Assembly: GCA_025454795.1 (NCBI GenBank)
Contig: JALONT010000009.1
Coordinates: 8,827-72,826, forward strand
From: Bacteroidales bacterium
GTDB taxonomy: Bacteria > Bacteroidota > Bacteroidia > Bacteroidales > VadinHA17
Length of the DNA: 64,000 bases
Reading direction: 5' to 3'
Below, in pieces: positions 17,723-26,431 of this stretch. Position 1 is the first letter of the stretch. Every line of letters starts with the position of its first letter. Made by a program: the position numbers and the translations under genes. The notes below the pieces were generated by a model. It saw only the letters and a list, made by a program, of their open reading frames with translations. It did not search any database and was not told where the DNA came from.

Positions 17723-19582
17723 TTATATCATAATGAGGAGCATAATAACAAGTCCTGCAAAAACCCAGATTACATAACCGGATAAAACACCGGAATGAGC
17801 TTCACTCAGCTGGTGGCTGAACCATAAAACAAACTGTTTTGACAAATCATAAATGTCAAAATACTTTTCTTCAGCTTTCCTGTATATCCAGGCGAAAAAT
17901 CTGAATTCTCCAATTGTTTTATAGAATTCCGGCGTTGAATAACCGGTCTGTTCCTGAATTTTTTCTCCTCCTATGAAGCTGTCTTCAGTCCGGAATTTTT
18001 TCAGGCTTACTGCCAGGTATAGAATTATTCCGAGGATAATTGAGACTAAAACAAGGAATGAAACAAATGAAGAATTCCAGAAACCCGGAAACTCAAATGT
18101 ACCTGAAACGGGCATCAGAAGCTTTGGAACTACCAGGTTTGTGGCAAAAACTCCAAAGAAGATGCAGAATATTGCAAGTACAACCAATGGTACCCACATC
18201 AATACCGGAACTTCCCTGACTTTTTCAAACTCTGGCCTGCTACGGCTAAGAAAAATACCTCCTATCAGCTTAATGAAGCTTGCAAGAGTAAGAGCTGAAC
18301 CCAGTACGGCCAGTCCCAGCCATAATATCCATAACTTACTAGCTATACCCGGTCCGGTTCCAAAATCAATGATCCCCTGGTAGATCATCCATTTCGATGC
18401 GAATCCATTGAACGGAGGTATGCCTGAAATCGACATTGCAAAAATGAGTGTGACAAAGAATGTTACGGGCATTGCTTTTGAAAGACCTCCCAGATCATCT
18501 ATTTTTTCTTTTCCTGTCCTATACTCAACACATCCTGCAGAAAGAAAAAGCCCGCTCTTATACAAGGCGTTATTCACCATATGAAAAAGTCCGGCTGCAA
18601 CACCTATCATCGAGCCCAGTCCAAAGCCGAGGATCATGTAACCTACCTGTGAAACCGCATGGAATCCAAGCAAACGCTTATAGTTATGCTGAACGAGTGC
18701 CATCATAACAGCCGTAATTATGGAAATTGCTCCAATCGTTAAAAGCAGAACTCTCAGCCAGTCATTCAATATGAACATCCCTGTAGTTATCCTTGCAAGG
18801 AAATATATTCCCAGTAGCTTGTCTAACGAAGCAGGAAGATATGCTGATGAAGAAGCAGGAGCACATTTTGCATAATCGGGTACCCATGTGTGCAACGGGA
18901 AGGCTCCGGCTTTGGTGAAGCTTCCTGTAAGCATTGCCAGAAATGCAACAACTGTAATAATATTTGTCGTTGGCACCGATACTTCTGACATGCTCAGCGA
19001 ACCGGTGATCTTCCAGATAACAGCAATACCAAGGATCATAATGCTATCAGATGCCCCAATCAATATTAATGTCTTCTTGGCGGTTGCCGAGCTCTCCTCA
19101 TCGTGCCCTTTTATCAGTTTAAATAATGTCAAACCGAGCACTCCCCAGAAAAAAAGAAACAAAAGAAGGTTATCAGACAGTACAGCACCATACGCACAAC
19201 CAAGGGTGATTAGAAAATATGGATAATAATTTTTAACTCTTCCTTCTTTTATATATACAAGTGAGTATATGTTTATCAGAACAGCGAAAACGCTTACCAA
19301 TACAATTATGAGCCTGCTCAGACTGTCAAGATTGAATGATATATGTTTTACAAAGTCAGGAGAAATATTAAGACCATAGAGATCAAGACCTGATTTACTG
19401 GAAATTTCATCCAGCCGGAATATCTGATCACCGAAAGTGTAAAGTGAAGCAGACAGAAATCCTGCATTGATGATTATCAGCAATGCGATAATTCCTTTTA
19501 CCGTCCTGAATTTATCGGGTATCAGGAGAAGCAGCAGGCCGACAACGACCGGAATTGTTATTAAGCTGAAAATCTCATCCAT
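17723..19582 (-). CDS. Antiporter-like subunit, NuoL/MrpA N-terminal family (MbhH-like)
   Basis: 619 aa and polytopic. Motifs LHTWVPDYAKCAPASSSAYL, GFHAVSQVGYM, HMVNNALYKSGLFL. Confidence 0.85.
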   Translation of the reverse strand: MDEIFSLITIPVVVGLLLLLIPDKFRTVKGIIALLIIINAGFLSASLYTFGDQIFRLDEISSKSGLDLYGLNISPDFVKHISFNLDSLSRLIIVLVSVFAVLINIYSLVYIKEGRVKNYYPYFLITLGCAYGAVLSDNLLLFLFFWGVLGLTLFKLIKGHDEESSATAKKTLILIGASDSIMILGIAVIWKITGSLSMSEVSVPTTNIITVVAFLAMLTGSFTKAGAFPLHTWVPDYAKCAPASSSAYLPASLDKLLGIYFLARITTGMFILNDWLRVLLLTIGAISIITAVMMALVQHNYKRLLGFHAVSQVGYMILGFGLGSMIGVAAGLFHMVNNALYKSGLFLSAGCVEYRTGKEKIDDLGGLSKAMPVTFFVTLIFAMSISGIPPFNGFASKWMIYQGIIDFGTGPGIASKLWILWLGLAVLGSALTLASFIKLIGGIFLSRSRPEFEKVREVPVLMWVPLVVLAIFCIFFGVFATNLVVPKLLMPVSGTFEFPGFWNSSFVSFLVLVSIILGIILYLAVSLKKFRTEDSFIGGEKIQEQTGYSTPEFYKTIGEFRFFAWIYRKAEEKYFDIYDLSKQFVLWFSHQLSEAHSGVLSGYVIWVFAGLVIMLLIMI

Positions 19583-19591
19583 ATCTTATCT

Positions 19592-20785
19592 TTATACAGA
19601 GTCCTTAATTTCATAAGTCTTTTTTACTGATAAATTAATCAGTTCTTCAGCGTTCATTATTCTATTGCCGGAATTAATGTCATACGCAACAGCCATCCTC
19701 TCTGTGCAGCAGTAGCACGGATCGACAGCAGCCAGTGAAATTGTTGCATCAGCGATAGTCTGGCCGATGCATGATTTTTTGAATGTAGCTATATTAACAT
19801 AGCTTGGCGCCCTTATTTTATGTCTGACAGGTGAGTTTGAACCATCTGACATTACAAAATGAAATACTTCTCCACGGGGAGCTTCTGCGCGCCCATTCCC
19901 GATTCCTTCGGGTATCTCTTTGACTTTAACAGTTATGTCCCCTTCTTTTTCCTTTTTCAAACCATCAAGACACTGTTCAATTATTGAAATGGATTCATAC
20001 ATTTCAAGCAACCTGACTTCTGCTTTGGCAAAAACATCACCTGCCTGGGCTGTAATTACTTTCCAGTTGACAAGAGGGTATGCAGCGTAGGGATCATCTT
20101 TGCGTACATCGATCGCCAGTCCTGATGCCCTGGCAGTTGGCCCGACAGCTCCGTAATCTATGACATCCTGCAGTGTAAGGATACCTACCCCTTTTGTCCT
20201 TGCATGAATTACCGGGTCATCCATTACAGCACCTGTAAGAAGATCAGCTTTTTTTCTGAAATCGCTCAGGGTTCCAAGGATGACAGGTATTTTATTATTC
20301 TCAATATCCCTACGCACACCCCCAACTTTAAACATGGCATAGCTGTTCCTGTTGCCTGTGATCATCTCGAAGAGGTCAAGGATAGGTTCCCTGTATTTCC
20401 ATGCCCACATAAAAACAGTATTATAACCAAGAAAATGACCGGCCAGACCAACCCAGAGAAGATGACTGTGAATACGTTCCAACTCTCCGATGATTGATCT
20501 AATATATTTTGCCCTGTTGGTAATTTCAATCTCAGCAATTTCTTCTACTGCATTTGCAAATGCAAAAGGATGTGAAGTTGAGCAGATACCGCAAATCCTT
20601 TCAACAAGGAAGAAGACCTGGTCATATGTTTTTGATTCGCTGAGCTTCTCTATACCCCTGTGATTATAACCTGTTTCCCATTTAATATCCTTCACAATCT
20701 CACCATCGCAGTAGAGTTTAAATAATTCCGGCTCTTCCTGGAGGGGATGATAAGGACCAATCGGTATAAGTGTCTTCCTGCTCAT
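19592..20785 (-). CDS. Group-4 [NiFe] hydrogenase large (catalytic) subunit (MbhL/HycE/EchE-like)
   Basis: 397 aa. Both Ni-Fe ligand pairs are present: RICGICSTSH near the N-terminus and DPCYCCTER near the C-terminus. The latter is followed by a 38-aa extension (MAVAYD...) of the kind removed by HycI-type proteases. Confidence 0.9.
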   Translation of the reverse strand: MSRKTLIPIGPYHPLQEEPELFKLYCDGEIVKDIKWETGYNHRGIEKLSESKTYDQVFFLVERICGICSTSHPFAFANAVEEIAEIEITNRAKYIRSIIGELERIHSHLLWVGLAGHFLGYNTVFMWAWKYREPILDLFEMITGNRNSYAMFKVGGVRRDIENNKIPVILGTLSDFRKKADLLTGAVMDDPVIHARTKGVGILTLQDVIDYGAVGPTARASGLAIDVRKDDPYAAYPLVNWKVITAQAGDVFAKAEVRLLEMYESISIIEQCLDGLKKEKEGDITVKVKEIPEGIGNGRAEAPRGEVFHFVMSDGSNSPVRHKIRAPSYVNIATFKKSCIGQTIADATISLAAVDPCYCCTERMAVAYDINSGNRIMNAEELINLSVKKTYEIKDSV

Positions 20786-20793
20786 TCTTAAGC

Positions 20794-21231
20794 TTATTTA
20801 AAATCTTTTCTGTAAGGATAAACACCCTCTGCCCAGTTGCCTTCAGAAATCAGTTTTTCCTGATTGGGATGATTTAAAAAATTTATTCCGAAAAGCTCAT
20901 GCATCTCCCTCTCTATCCAGTTTGAGGCATTGAACATGTTGGAAAGAGATTCGATCTCAGGATTATCCTTATCCAGAATCAAATGAATATTAAGGATCAA
21001 CCCGGATTCATCTTTACTGAAATGATAATGAATCTCAAATCCTCGTTTTGTATGTACCGCTGAAGCAATTATAAACCTGAAACCGGCTCTCTTATAGAGA
21101 TATTCTGAAACCTTCAATATAGACTCAGGTTTGATAGTGATTATAACCCGCTTCTCATTCCTGATCGATTCCCCAAGAATGTCACTCTTGAAATTTGACC
21201 TGAAATCTTCTATAATTGTTTTTGTATCCAT
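20794..21231 (-). CDS. NuoC/MbhK-like hydrogenase subunit
   Basis: 145 aa, WIEREMHELFGINFLNHP motif of the 30-kDa subunit family. Confidence 0.85.
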   Translation of the reverse strand: MDTKTIIEDFRSNFKSDILGESIRNEKRVIITIKPESILKVSEYLYKRAGFRFIIASAVHTKRGFEIHYHFSKDESGLILNIHLILDKDNPEIESLSNMFNASNWIEREMHELFGINFLNHPNQEKLISEGNWAEGVYPYRKDFK

Positions 21232-21243
21232 CTATCAGTTTTC

Positions 21244-21299
21244 AACTCTAAACTCTAAACTATCTTCAACCCACCTCTACGCCACTGCGCCACTGCGCC
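21244..21299. repeat. Two mini-arrays inside the hydrogenase operon (AACTCTA x2.7; CGCCACTG x2.5)
   Basis: Read directly. They fill the 70-nt spacer between the small-subunit stop (21302) and the NuoC-like start (21231). Confidence 0.85.
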
Positions 21300-21301
21300 T
21301 C

Positions 21302-21715
21302 TTATATAGTTCCAACCAGCTTCACGATCCCTGCAATTATGGCTTCCGGTTTCGGCGGGCACCCTGGAATATAGGCATTAACAGGGATTATTTTATCAAC
21401 TGGTCCTGCAAAAGTGTTTCCTTCAGCGAATATCCCGCCTGTACATCCGCAGGCTCCGATTGCTACCACAAGCAATGGCTTGGGTGCCTGATTATAGAGT
21501 TCGATCAATCTATCCTTATCTCTCCTGTTTATCGATCCGTTAACCAGAAGTACATCAGCATGCCTGATACTACCTACCAGAAGAATGCCAAAGCGCTCAA
21601 GATCATGTCTTGGTGTAAGACAATCAAGTATTTCTATATCACAATTATTGCAGGAGGCCCCCCCGAAGTGAAAGACCCAAAGTGACTTCTTGAAGCAATA
21701 ATTTTTAAATCCCAC
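21302..21715 (-). CDS. Group-4 [NiFe] hydrogenase small subunit (NuoB/MbhJ-like)
   Basis: [4Fe-4S] ligand pattern GGASCNNCDIE ... AIGACGCTGG ... PGCPP. The ORF-track ATG at 21781 would overlap the upstream gene by 55 nt. A GTG at 21715, 12 nt after the upstream stop, fits better, but the start is uncertain. Confidence 0.8.
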   Translation of the reverse strand: MGFKNYCFKKSLWVFHFGGASCNNCDIEILDCLTPRHDLERFGILLVGSIRHADVLLVNGSINRRDKDRLIELYNQAPKPLLVVAIGACGCTGGIFAEGNTFAGPVDKIIPVNAYIPGCPPKPEAIIAGIVKLVGTI

Positions 21716-21726
21716 GACTCTAATAT

Positions 21727-22659
21727 TTAGTAACCAAATGAAATCAGTACCAGGGCAATAACAGCCAGCAGGTTCATCCATAAGAAAAAGAAACTGACAG
21801 CCTGCTTTATCTTTACCCTTGGATTGGTGTTCCTTATCAAAGTTAATACAAGCACTACCGCAAGCACCTTCAATACTGCCCAGAGAATATGAATGCCATC
21901 AAGTCTGAAACCATTCATCAGCAGTGCAATAAGAAATGCCGGAAGGATGAATAACATAATGTACTTTGTAAGCTTTATCATTGCATATGCAGCTCCGGAG
22001 TATTCAATAAAAATACCTTCGGTTATTTCTGCTTCAGCCTCGGGCATATCGAAAGGGACAAGTGCCAGTTTAGCCTGAATGCAGAATATACCTACAATGA
22101 ATAAAATAACCCCTGAGATGCTTCCTATGAAAGGGGCACCTGCCTGTTGAGCCTGAATTATTGAGTACAGATCAATTTTTTGTTCGGTTTTCATAATAAT
22201 CCCTGCAATCACCAGCAGGAATGTCAGTTCATAGCTCATAATCAGCTTCATTTCTCTTGAGCTGCCTACAGCAGCAAGAGGATTTCCGGAAGCAAGAGCG
22301 CCGATAATATATGAAAAAGAGGGGATTGTAAGCAGGTAGAATATAACAAGAAGATCTCCTCTGAATCCGCTTGTGATATTTAATAAGGGAAGGAGAATAA
22401 ATACACCTGCCATAGTGGCTCCGAAAACAGCAAAAACAGGTGCAAGAAGGAATATCAAAGGTGAACCGTGCTTTGGCAGGATTGTCTCCTTGACCAGCAA
22501 CAATTTGAAGAAATCGTAAAATGGCTGCAACAGGGGAGGCCCCTGGCGAAACTGGACCCTGGCACTGATTTTCCTGTCGAACCAAGATAGAAATGCTCCT
22601 GTTACTGCAGTGAAGAGCAATCCGGGGAAGACAAGAAAATAAAACAGGTTAACTGCCAT
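21727..22659 (-). CDS. NuoH/MbhM/HycD-like membrane subunit
   Basis: 310 aa and polytopic, RKISARVQFRQGPP motif. Confidence 0.85.
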   Translation of the reverse strand: MAVNLFYFLVFPGLLFTAVTGAFLSWFDRKISARVQFRQGPPLLQPFYDFFKLLLVKETILPKHGSPLIFLLAPVFAVFGATMAGVFILLPLLNITSGFRGDLLVIFYLLTIPSFSYIIGALASGNPLAAVGSSREMKLIMSYELTFLLVIAGIIMKTEQKIDLYSIIQAQQAGAPFIGSISGVILFIVGIFCIQAKLALVPFDMPEAEAEITEGIFIEYSGAAYAMIKLTKYIMLFILPAFLIALLMNGFRLDGIHILWAVLKVLAVVLVLTLIRNTNPRVKIKQAVSFFFLWMNLLAVIALVLISFGY

Positions 22660-22670
22660 CTTTTTGTTAT

Positions 22671-23168
22671 TTATTTGGTTTCAGTAATATACAAATACTC
22701 TTTTACAAGTACTTTTTCATTTAGACTGTAAATATGTTTTTCGGGAGATTCATTCTCATCGGTCAGAGTCACAGTTCCTTCAGGGCAGGCATCGATGAAT
22801 TTCTTTACATCCTTTTCATCTTTCAGGTCACAGAAAAGATCTCTGTTCCTGTGGTGTCTGAAGAAATCTGTCATCATGGTTCCAAATGGGCAAATCGTAA
22901 CACACGATTTGCATGATACACAAAGATTGGTATGCCGTGTTATCAATCCGGCTTCATCCTTTTCAAGAGCATCAGCCGGACAAACGCTGATGCAGGGTGC
23001 ATCTTCGCATTTTCTGCAGGTGTAACTGAAGATTGCAAGCTCACGGATGCTCTTAAGCCCGTTTTTATTGGCTGACGGATAGAAATAGCCATCCGGTAAT
23101 GCAAATGCAGGATTGTCAACTAGTGCAGCCCGGATTTTAATCATATCTATCAGAATCTTTTGCTCCAT
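22671..23168 (-). CDS. HycB/CooF-like multi-[4Fe-4S] electron-transfer protein
   Basis: 165 aa with CRKCEDAPCISVCP and CVSCKSCVTICP, plus additional Cys (C...ACPEG). Confidence 0.75.
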   Translation of the reverse strand: MEQKILIDMIKIRAALVDNPAFALPDGYFYPSANKNGLKSIRELAIFSYTCRKCEDAPCISVCPADALEKDEAGLITRHTNLCVSCKSCVTICPFGTMMTDFFRHHRNRDLFCDLKDEKDVKKFIDACPEGTVTLTDENESPEKHIYSLNEKVLVKEYLYITETK

Positions 23169-23213
23169 TACTATATTATTATGCTGTATTTCAACCAGTG
23201 CATTACATTCATT

Positions 23214-23669
23214 TTAAATTGTCAGCTGGTTCATAAGCTGGAACCTTGTATCACTAAGCCTGTGCGAGATAGTCTGAGCAATTTTTGCCATTGTTTTAAA
23301 TCCGAACTTGCAGTTTTTTTCCAACTCAAGATTGAGTTGTTTTGCATCAATAGCCAGTACTTTTGTAGGACATGTTGCCATTACCCATGCTGTTGAGATA
23401 TGTGGTTTGAAGACTGCAGACCACGAAAAGAGCTGACCCTCCTCCAATGTACCGAGGTGGATTCTCTTTTCACTTGCCAGGCTTATTCCTAAGGATAAGC
23501 ATCCTTCAAATAATACAAAAACATCGGAAAGTTCATCATACTGTTCAAACAGCATTTCTTTTACTTTGAACTCCTTTATTGAACTGATACGGATAAATAT
23601 ATTCAATTCTTCGTCATCATAATTGTCAAAAAACCTGATTTTTTTTAACTCGCTAATTGTCACTTTCAT
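23214..23669 (-). CDS. Stand-alone cyclic-nucleotide-binding-like (CAP effector) domain protein, no DNA-binding domain
   Basis: 151 aa. The beta-roll pattern is typical of cNMP-binding domains (FFDNYDDEEL...FEQYDELSDVFVLFEG...GTLEEGQLFSWSAV...ATCPTKVLAIDAKQL). The protein ends after the C-helix and has no HTH. Confidence 0.65.
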   Translation of the reverse strand: MKVTISELKKIRFFDNYDDEELNIFIRISSIKEFKVKEMLFEQYDELSDVFVLFEGCLSLGISLASEKRIHLGTLEEGQLFSWSAVFKPHISTAWVMATCPTKVLAIDAKQLNLELEKNCKFGFKTMAKIAQTISHRLSDTRFQLMNQLTI

Positions 23670-23720
23670 GATCTTTATTATTAAGTAAAAAAATGAAATA
23701 ATTTTCTGATTTCTTGTTCA

Positions 23721-24578
23721 TTATTTCCATATTTCAGGATTATGTTTTATTTCATCATATGTAAACACAGGTCCATCTTTGCAGACAAAAAACTCACCCA
23801 TCATGCAATGACCGCATTTACCTAAACCGCACGACATGTTTTTTTCCATCGACAGGTATATCTGGTTATCCTGATACCCCAGCTCAAGAAGTCTGATAGT
23901 ACCGAACTTCATCATTATCGGCGGCCCGCAAACTATTGCAACAGAATTATTTATATTGATATCGATTTTATTCAGCAATATAGTTACAACTCCAACTGAA
24001 CCTTTCCAACCTTCATCTGCCCTGTCTACTGTCCGGTAAGCCTCAAATTTTTCAATGCTGTTTAATCTGTCAAACAAAGGTTTGTAGATGCAATCTACAG
24101 GTGTTTTGGATCCGTAGCAAAGGGTAACCTTCCTCAGTTTGTCCTTTATACCCTCAAGGGCATATAACAACGACCTGATAGGCGCAAGCCCGCAACCACC
24201 GCCAAGAATCAGAACTTCTTTATCATAAAATGTCTCAACAGGGTAACCTCTGCCGTATGGTCCTCTTATCCCCATGCAAACTCCGGGTTTCAGCGAATGC
24301 ATATATTCAGTTACATAACCTGTTTTCATGACAGTCACTTCAAGCTTTTCTGTAATAAAAGGGGAAGAAGACGGAGTAAAAGGAGCCTCACCGATACCAT
24401 CGACTGATAATTCAATAAACTGACCGGTTTTGAATGCGAACCTCTCTTCAGGTACCAGGACAAATGTCTTTATCAGAGGTGATTCTTCAATGACGTTTGT
24501 CAGCTTTGCTTTAAGAGGCCTATATATATTCATGTTATCCGGCATACTGTTACTTTGCAAGTTCCATGAAAATTTCAT
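23721..24578 (-). CDS. FAD/NAD(P)H-binding [2Fe-2S] oxidoreductase subunit (HydG / AsrB / PyrK-like)
   Basis: 285 aa. FNR-like fold motifs GQFIELSV, IRGPYG and LILGGGCGLAPI. C-terminal CGLGKCGHCMMGEFFVCKDGPVF [2Fe-2S] motif. Confidence 0.8.
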   Translation of the reverse strand: MKFSWNLQSNSMPDNMNIYRPLKAKLTNVIEESPLIKTFVLVPEERFAFKTGQFIELSVDGIGEAPFTPSSSPFITEKLEVTVMKTGYVTEYMHSLKPGVCMGIRGPYGRGYPVETFYDKEVLILGGGCGLAPIRSLLYALEGIKDKLRKVTLCYGSKTPVDCIYKPLFDRLNSIEKFEAYRTVDRADEGWKGSVGVVTILLNKIDININNSVAIVCGPPIMMKFGTIRLLELGYQDNQIYLSMEKNMSCGLGKCGHCMMGEFFVCKDGPVFTYDEIKHNPEIWK

Positions 24579-25542
24579 TCTTATTGATCTTACCTATGCA
24601 TCCTTCAATACATCTGCCGCACCCGGTACAGGCAAGTGATCTGAATTTCTCAGGCTTCCAGACATATTTGCACATATACCTGTTTCTGAAGCGATTGTGA
24701 AGTTCGTATAAGGCATCCTCGCCCCCGGCAACCCTTTCAAATCCGGGATACTGGCAGGTATCCATCTGTTTTACCTTTTCAAATCCGGGTTTGTCGATGA
24801 GAAGAAAACATGTGCATGTCGGACAGGCTGTTGTACATGCACCGCAGGACACACAATGGACAGAATACTTTTCCCAGATATCCACTCTCGCTTTTGTAAC
24901 AAGTTTACCGGTGGTTTCATAATCCGGTAAACCCTTATTGGCAGCTGACAGTAATGACTCAGTGACGTTATGTTCTTTATCAATTGCTGAAATTATTTCT
25001 TTATTATCAACCGGACTGGCTGAAGGGATATTGTTTATGAATTCTTTTCCCTTACCGGAAATAATCCTGAAAATCATATTTCCGTCAAGATTCATGACTG
25101 CGAGGTCGGCATTTATAGTTGAATAGGGCTTTATATTATAAGTCATGCAATGGCAATGCTCCTGAATGCCAAAACAATCGGCTGATATCAGAAGTGTGTT
25201 CTCTCGGCGTTCCCTGTAATGGATATCCGGGAACACATCATCGAGGTAGATTTCATCCAGCAGGGATAACCCTTCAATATCGCAATTTGGTGTTCCAATA
25301 ATAATTCTTGGCTTTTCAGCACTCCTTTCGGACGTAACATTCTCCTTAATGGGAAGAAAAAAACTTTTAAGTGAAGTGGCAGGCTTGGGTTTGTTGTAGG
25401 AAATTGAAGGTATATCAACAGGTTCGATCAATTCATAATCCTGTCCAAATTCATTAATAACACTTGCGAAAATGGTATGGGACGATAACAGACTCTCTAA
25501 AACCTTGTCCCACTCTTCTTTTTTTATGCTCTTATATTGCAT
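24550..25542 (-). CDS. Iron-sulfur subunit (HydB / AsrA-like), first gene of the hydrogenase operon
   Basis: 330 aa with CVSCGACTTACPTCTCF and CTGCGRCIEGC motifs, characteristic of sulfhydrogenase beta / AsrA proteins. It overlaps the next gene by 29 nt. Confidence 0.75.
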   Translation of the reverse strand: MQYKSIKKEEWDKVLESLLSSHTIFASVINEFGQDYELIEPVDIPSISYNKPKPATSLKSFFLPIKENVTSERSAEKPRIIIGTPNCDIEGLSLLDEIYLDDVFPDIHYRERRENTLLISADCFGIQEHCHCMTYNIKPYSTINADLAVMNLDGNMIFRIISGKGKEFINNIPSASPVDNKEIISAIDKEHNVTESLLSAANKGLPDYETTGKLVTKARVDIWEKYSVHCVSCGACTTACPTCTCFLLIDKPGFEKVKQMDTCQYPGFERVAGGEDALYELHNRFRNRYMCKYVWKPEKFRSLACTGCGRCIEGCIGKINKNEIFMELAK

Positions 25543-25544
25543 TT

Positions 25545-25562
25545 ATGTGAGAAGATTCACAT
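25545..25562. promoter_or_regulatory. Candidate Rex operator immediately upstream of the hydrogenase operon
   Basis: ATGTGAGAAGATTCACAT matches 11 of 14 specified positions of the TTGTGAA-N4-TTCACAA Rex consensus, with perfect TGTGA/TCACA cores. It lies 3 nt upstream of the ATG at 25542. Confidence 0.55.
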
Positions 25563-25725
25563 ATAAAATTAAAATCTGAAAGCATAAATGACAATAAAAA
25601 AAGTTATTTTTTAAATGCTTAAAACAATTATCTTTGTAATATGCAATAAATCAGATAAATAGATAATTATTTTTATTTAAAGAATATTTTTTAACTTGCA
25701 TTCTGATAATTTATAATATGAATTG

Positions 25726-25743
25726 TTGTGAAACAAATCACAA
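25726..25743. promoter_or_regulatory. Candidate Rex operator overlapping the rex start codon
   Basis: TTGTGAAACAAATCACAA matches 13 of 14 specified positions of TTGTGAA-N4-TTCACAA. The GTG start of rex (25728) lies inside it. Confidence 0.6.
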
Positions 25744-26411
25744 AATACGTAATCAAAAACAGCCTGAAAAGGATTTTTCTTTACAGGGCATGCCTTGTAA
25801 GACTGAAGCTAATGGGGGTTGAAAAGGTCTTTTCTTATACTCTTGCAAACGAGACAGGTGTGACCTCCGAGCAGGTCAGGAAAGATTTCTCGGAGTTCAG
25901 TATTAAAGGGAACAAGCGCGGAGGATATGAAATAAATGATCTCCTGGGAAAAATGGAAGATATCTTTCATCGTAATAAAGATCATAATATTGTGCTGATC
26001 GGAATGGGAAACATGGGTCTTGCATTATCGAAATACAGCAAATTTGTCCAGAGGAATATGAATATTGTCGCTACCTTCGATATCGATCCTTTCAAACAGA
26101 AGGAGAGATCAGGTATTCCTGTGTACTCGATGAGCCGCCTGAAGGAAATAATTGAAAGATTCAAAGTAAAGGTTGCAATACTTGCCGTGCCTGAAATATC
26201 TGCTCAGGAGGTTGCTGATGAGCTTATGCGACATGGTATTAAGGGAATTGTGAATTTTGCTCCTGTGTTGCTTAAAGTCCCCCCGGATGTCGTCATAAAT
26301 AATGTGAATCTTTGCGATGAACTGGAAAGTGTTATCTATTATGTTCACAAACAACTGAAAATCGATGGATTTAAAAATCTTGAGCTATTATACAGGGATA
26401 TGAAATATTAA
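25728..26411 (+). CDS. rex: Redox-sensing transcriptional repressor Rex
   Basis: 227 aa. Winged-helix N-terminus (RIFLYRACLVRL...SEQVRKDFSEF) and a Rossmann domain (IVLIGMGNMGLAL). Confidence 0.85.
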   Translation: MKQITKYVIKNSLKRIFLYRACLVRLKLMGVEKVFSYTLANETGVTSEQVRKDFSEFSIKGNKRGGYEINDLLGKMEDIFHRNKDHNIVLIGMGNMGLALSKYSKFVQRNMNIVATFDIDPFKQKERSGIPVYSMSRLKEIIERFKVKVAILAVPEISAQEVADELMRHGIKGIVNFAPVLLKVPPDVVINNVNLCDELESVIYYVHKQLKIDGFKNLELLYRDMKY

Positions 26412-26431
26412 TCAAAGGGCTGGTTCAGGGT

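Noticed and set aside
23721-25542. Interpreting the AsrA/AsrB-like pair as an anaerobic sulfite reductase
   Set aside because: No AsrC-like siroheme catalytic subunit is present. The genes are packed head-to-tail with hydrogenase genes, so a HydB/HydG-type electron-input module is the better reading. A separate function is not strictly excluded.
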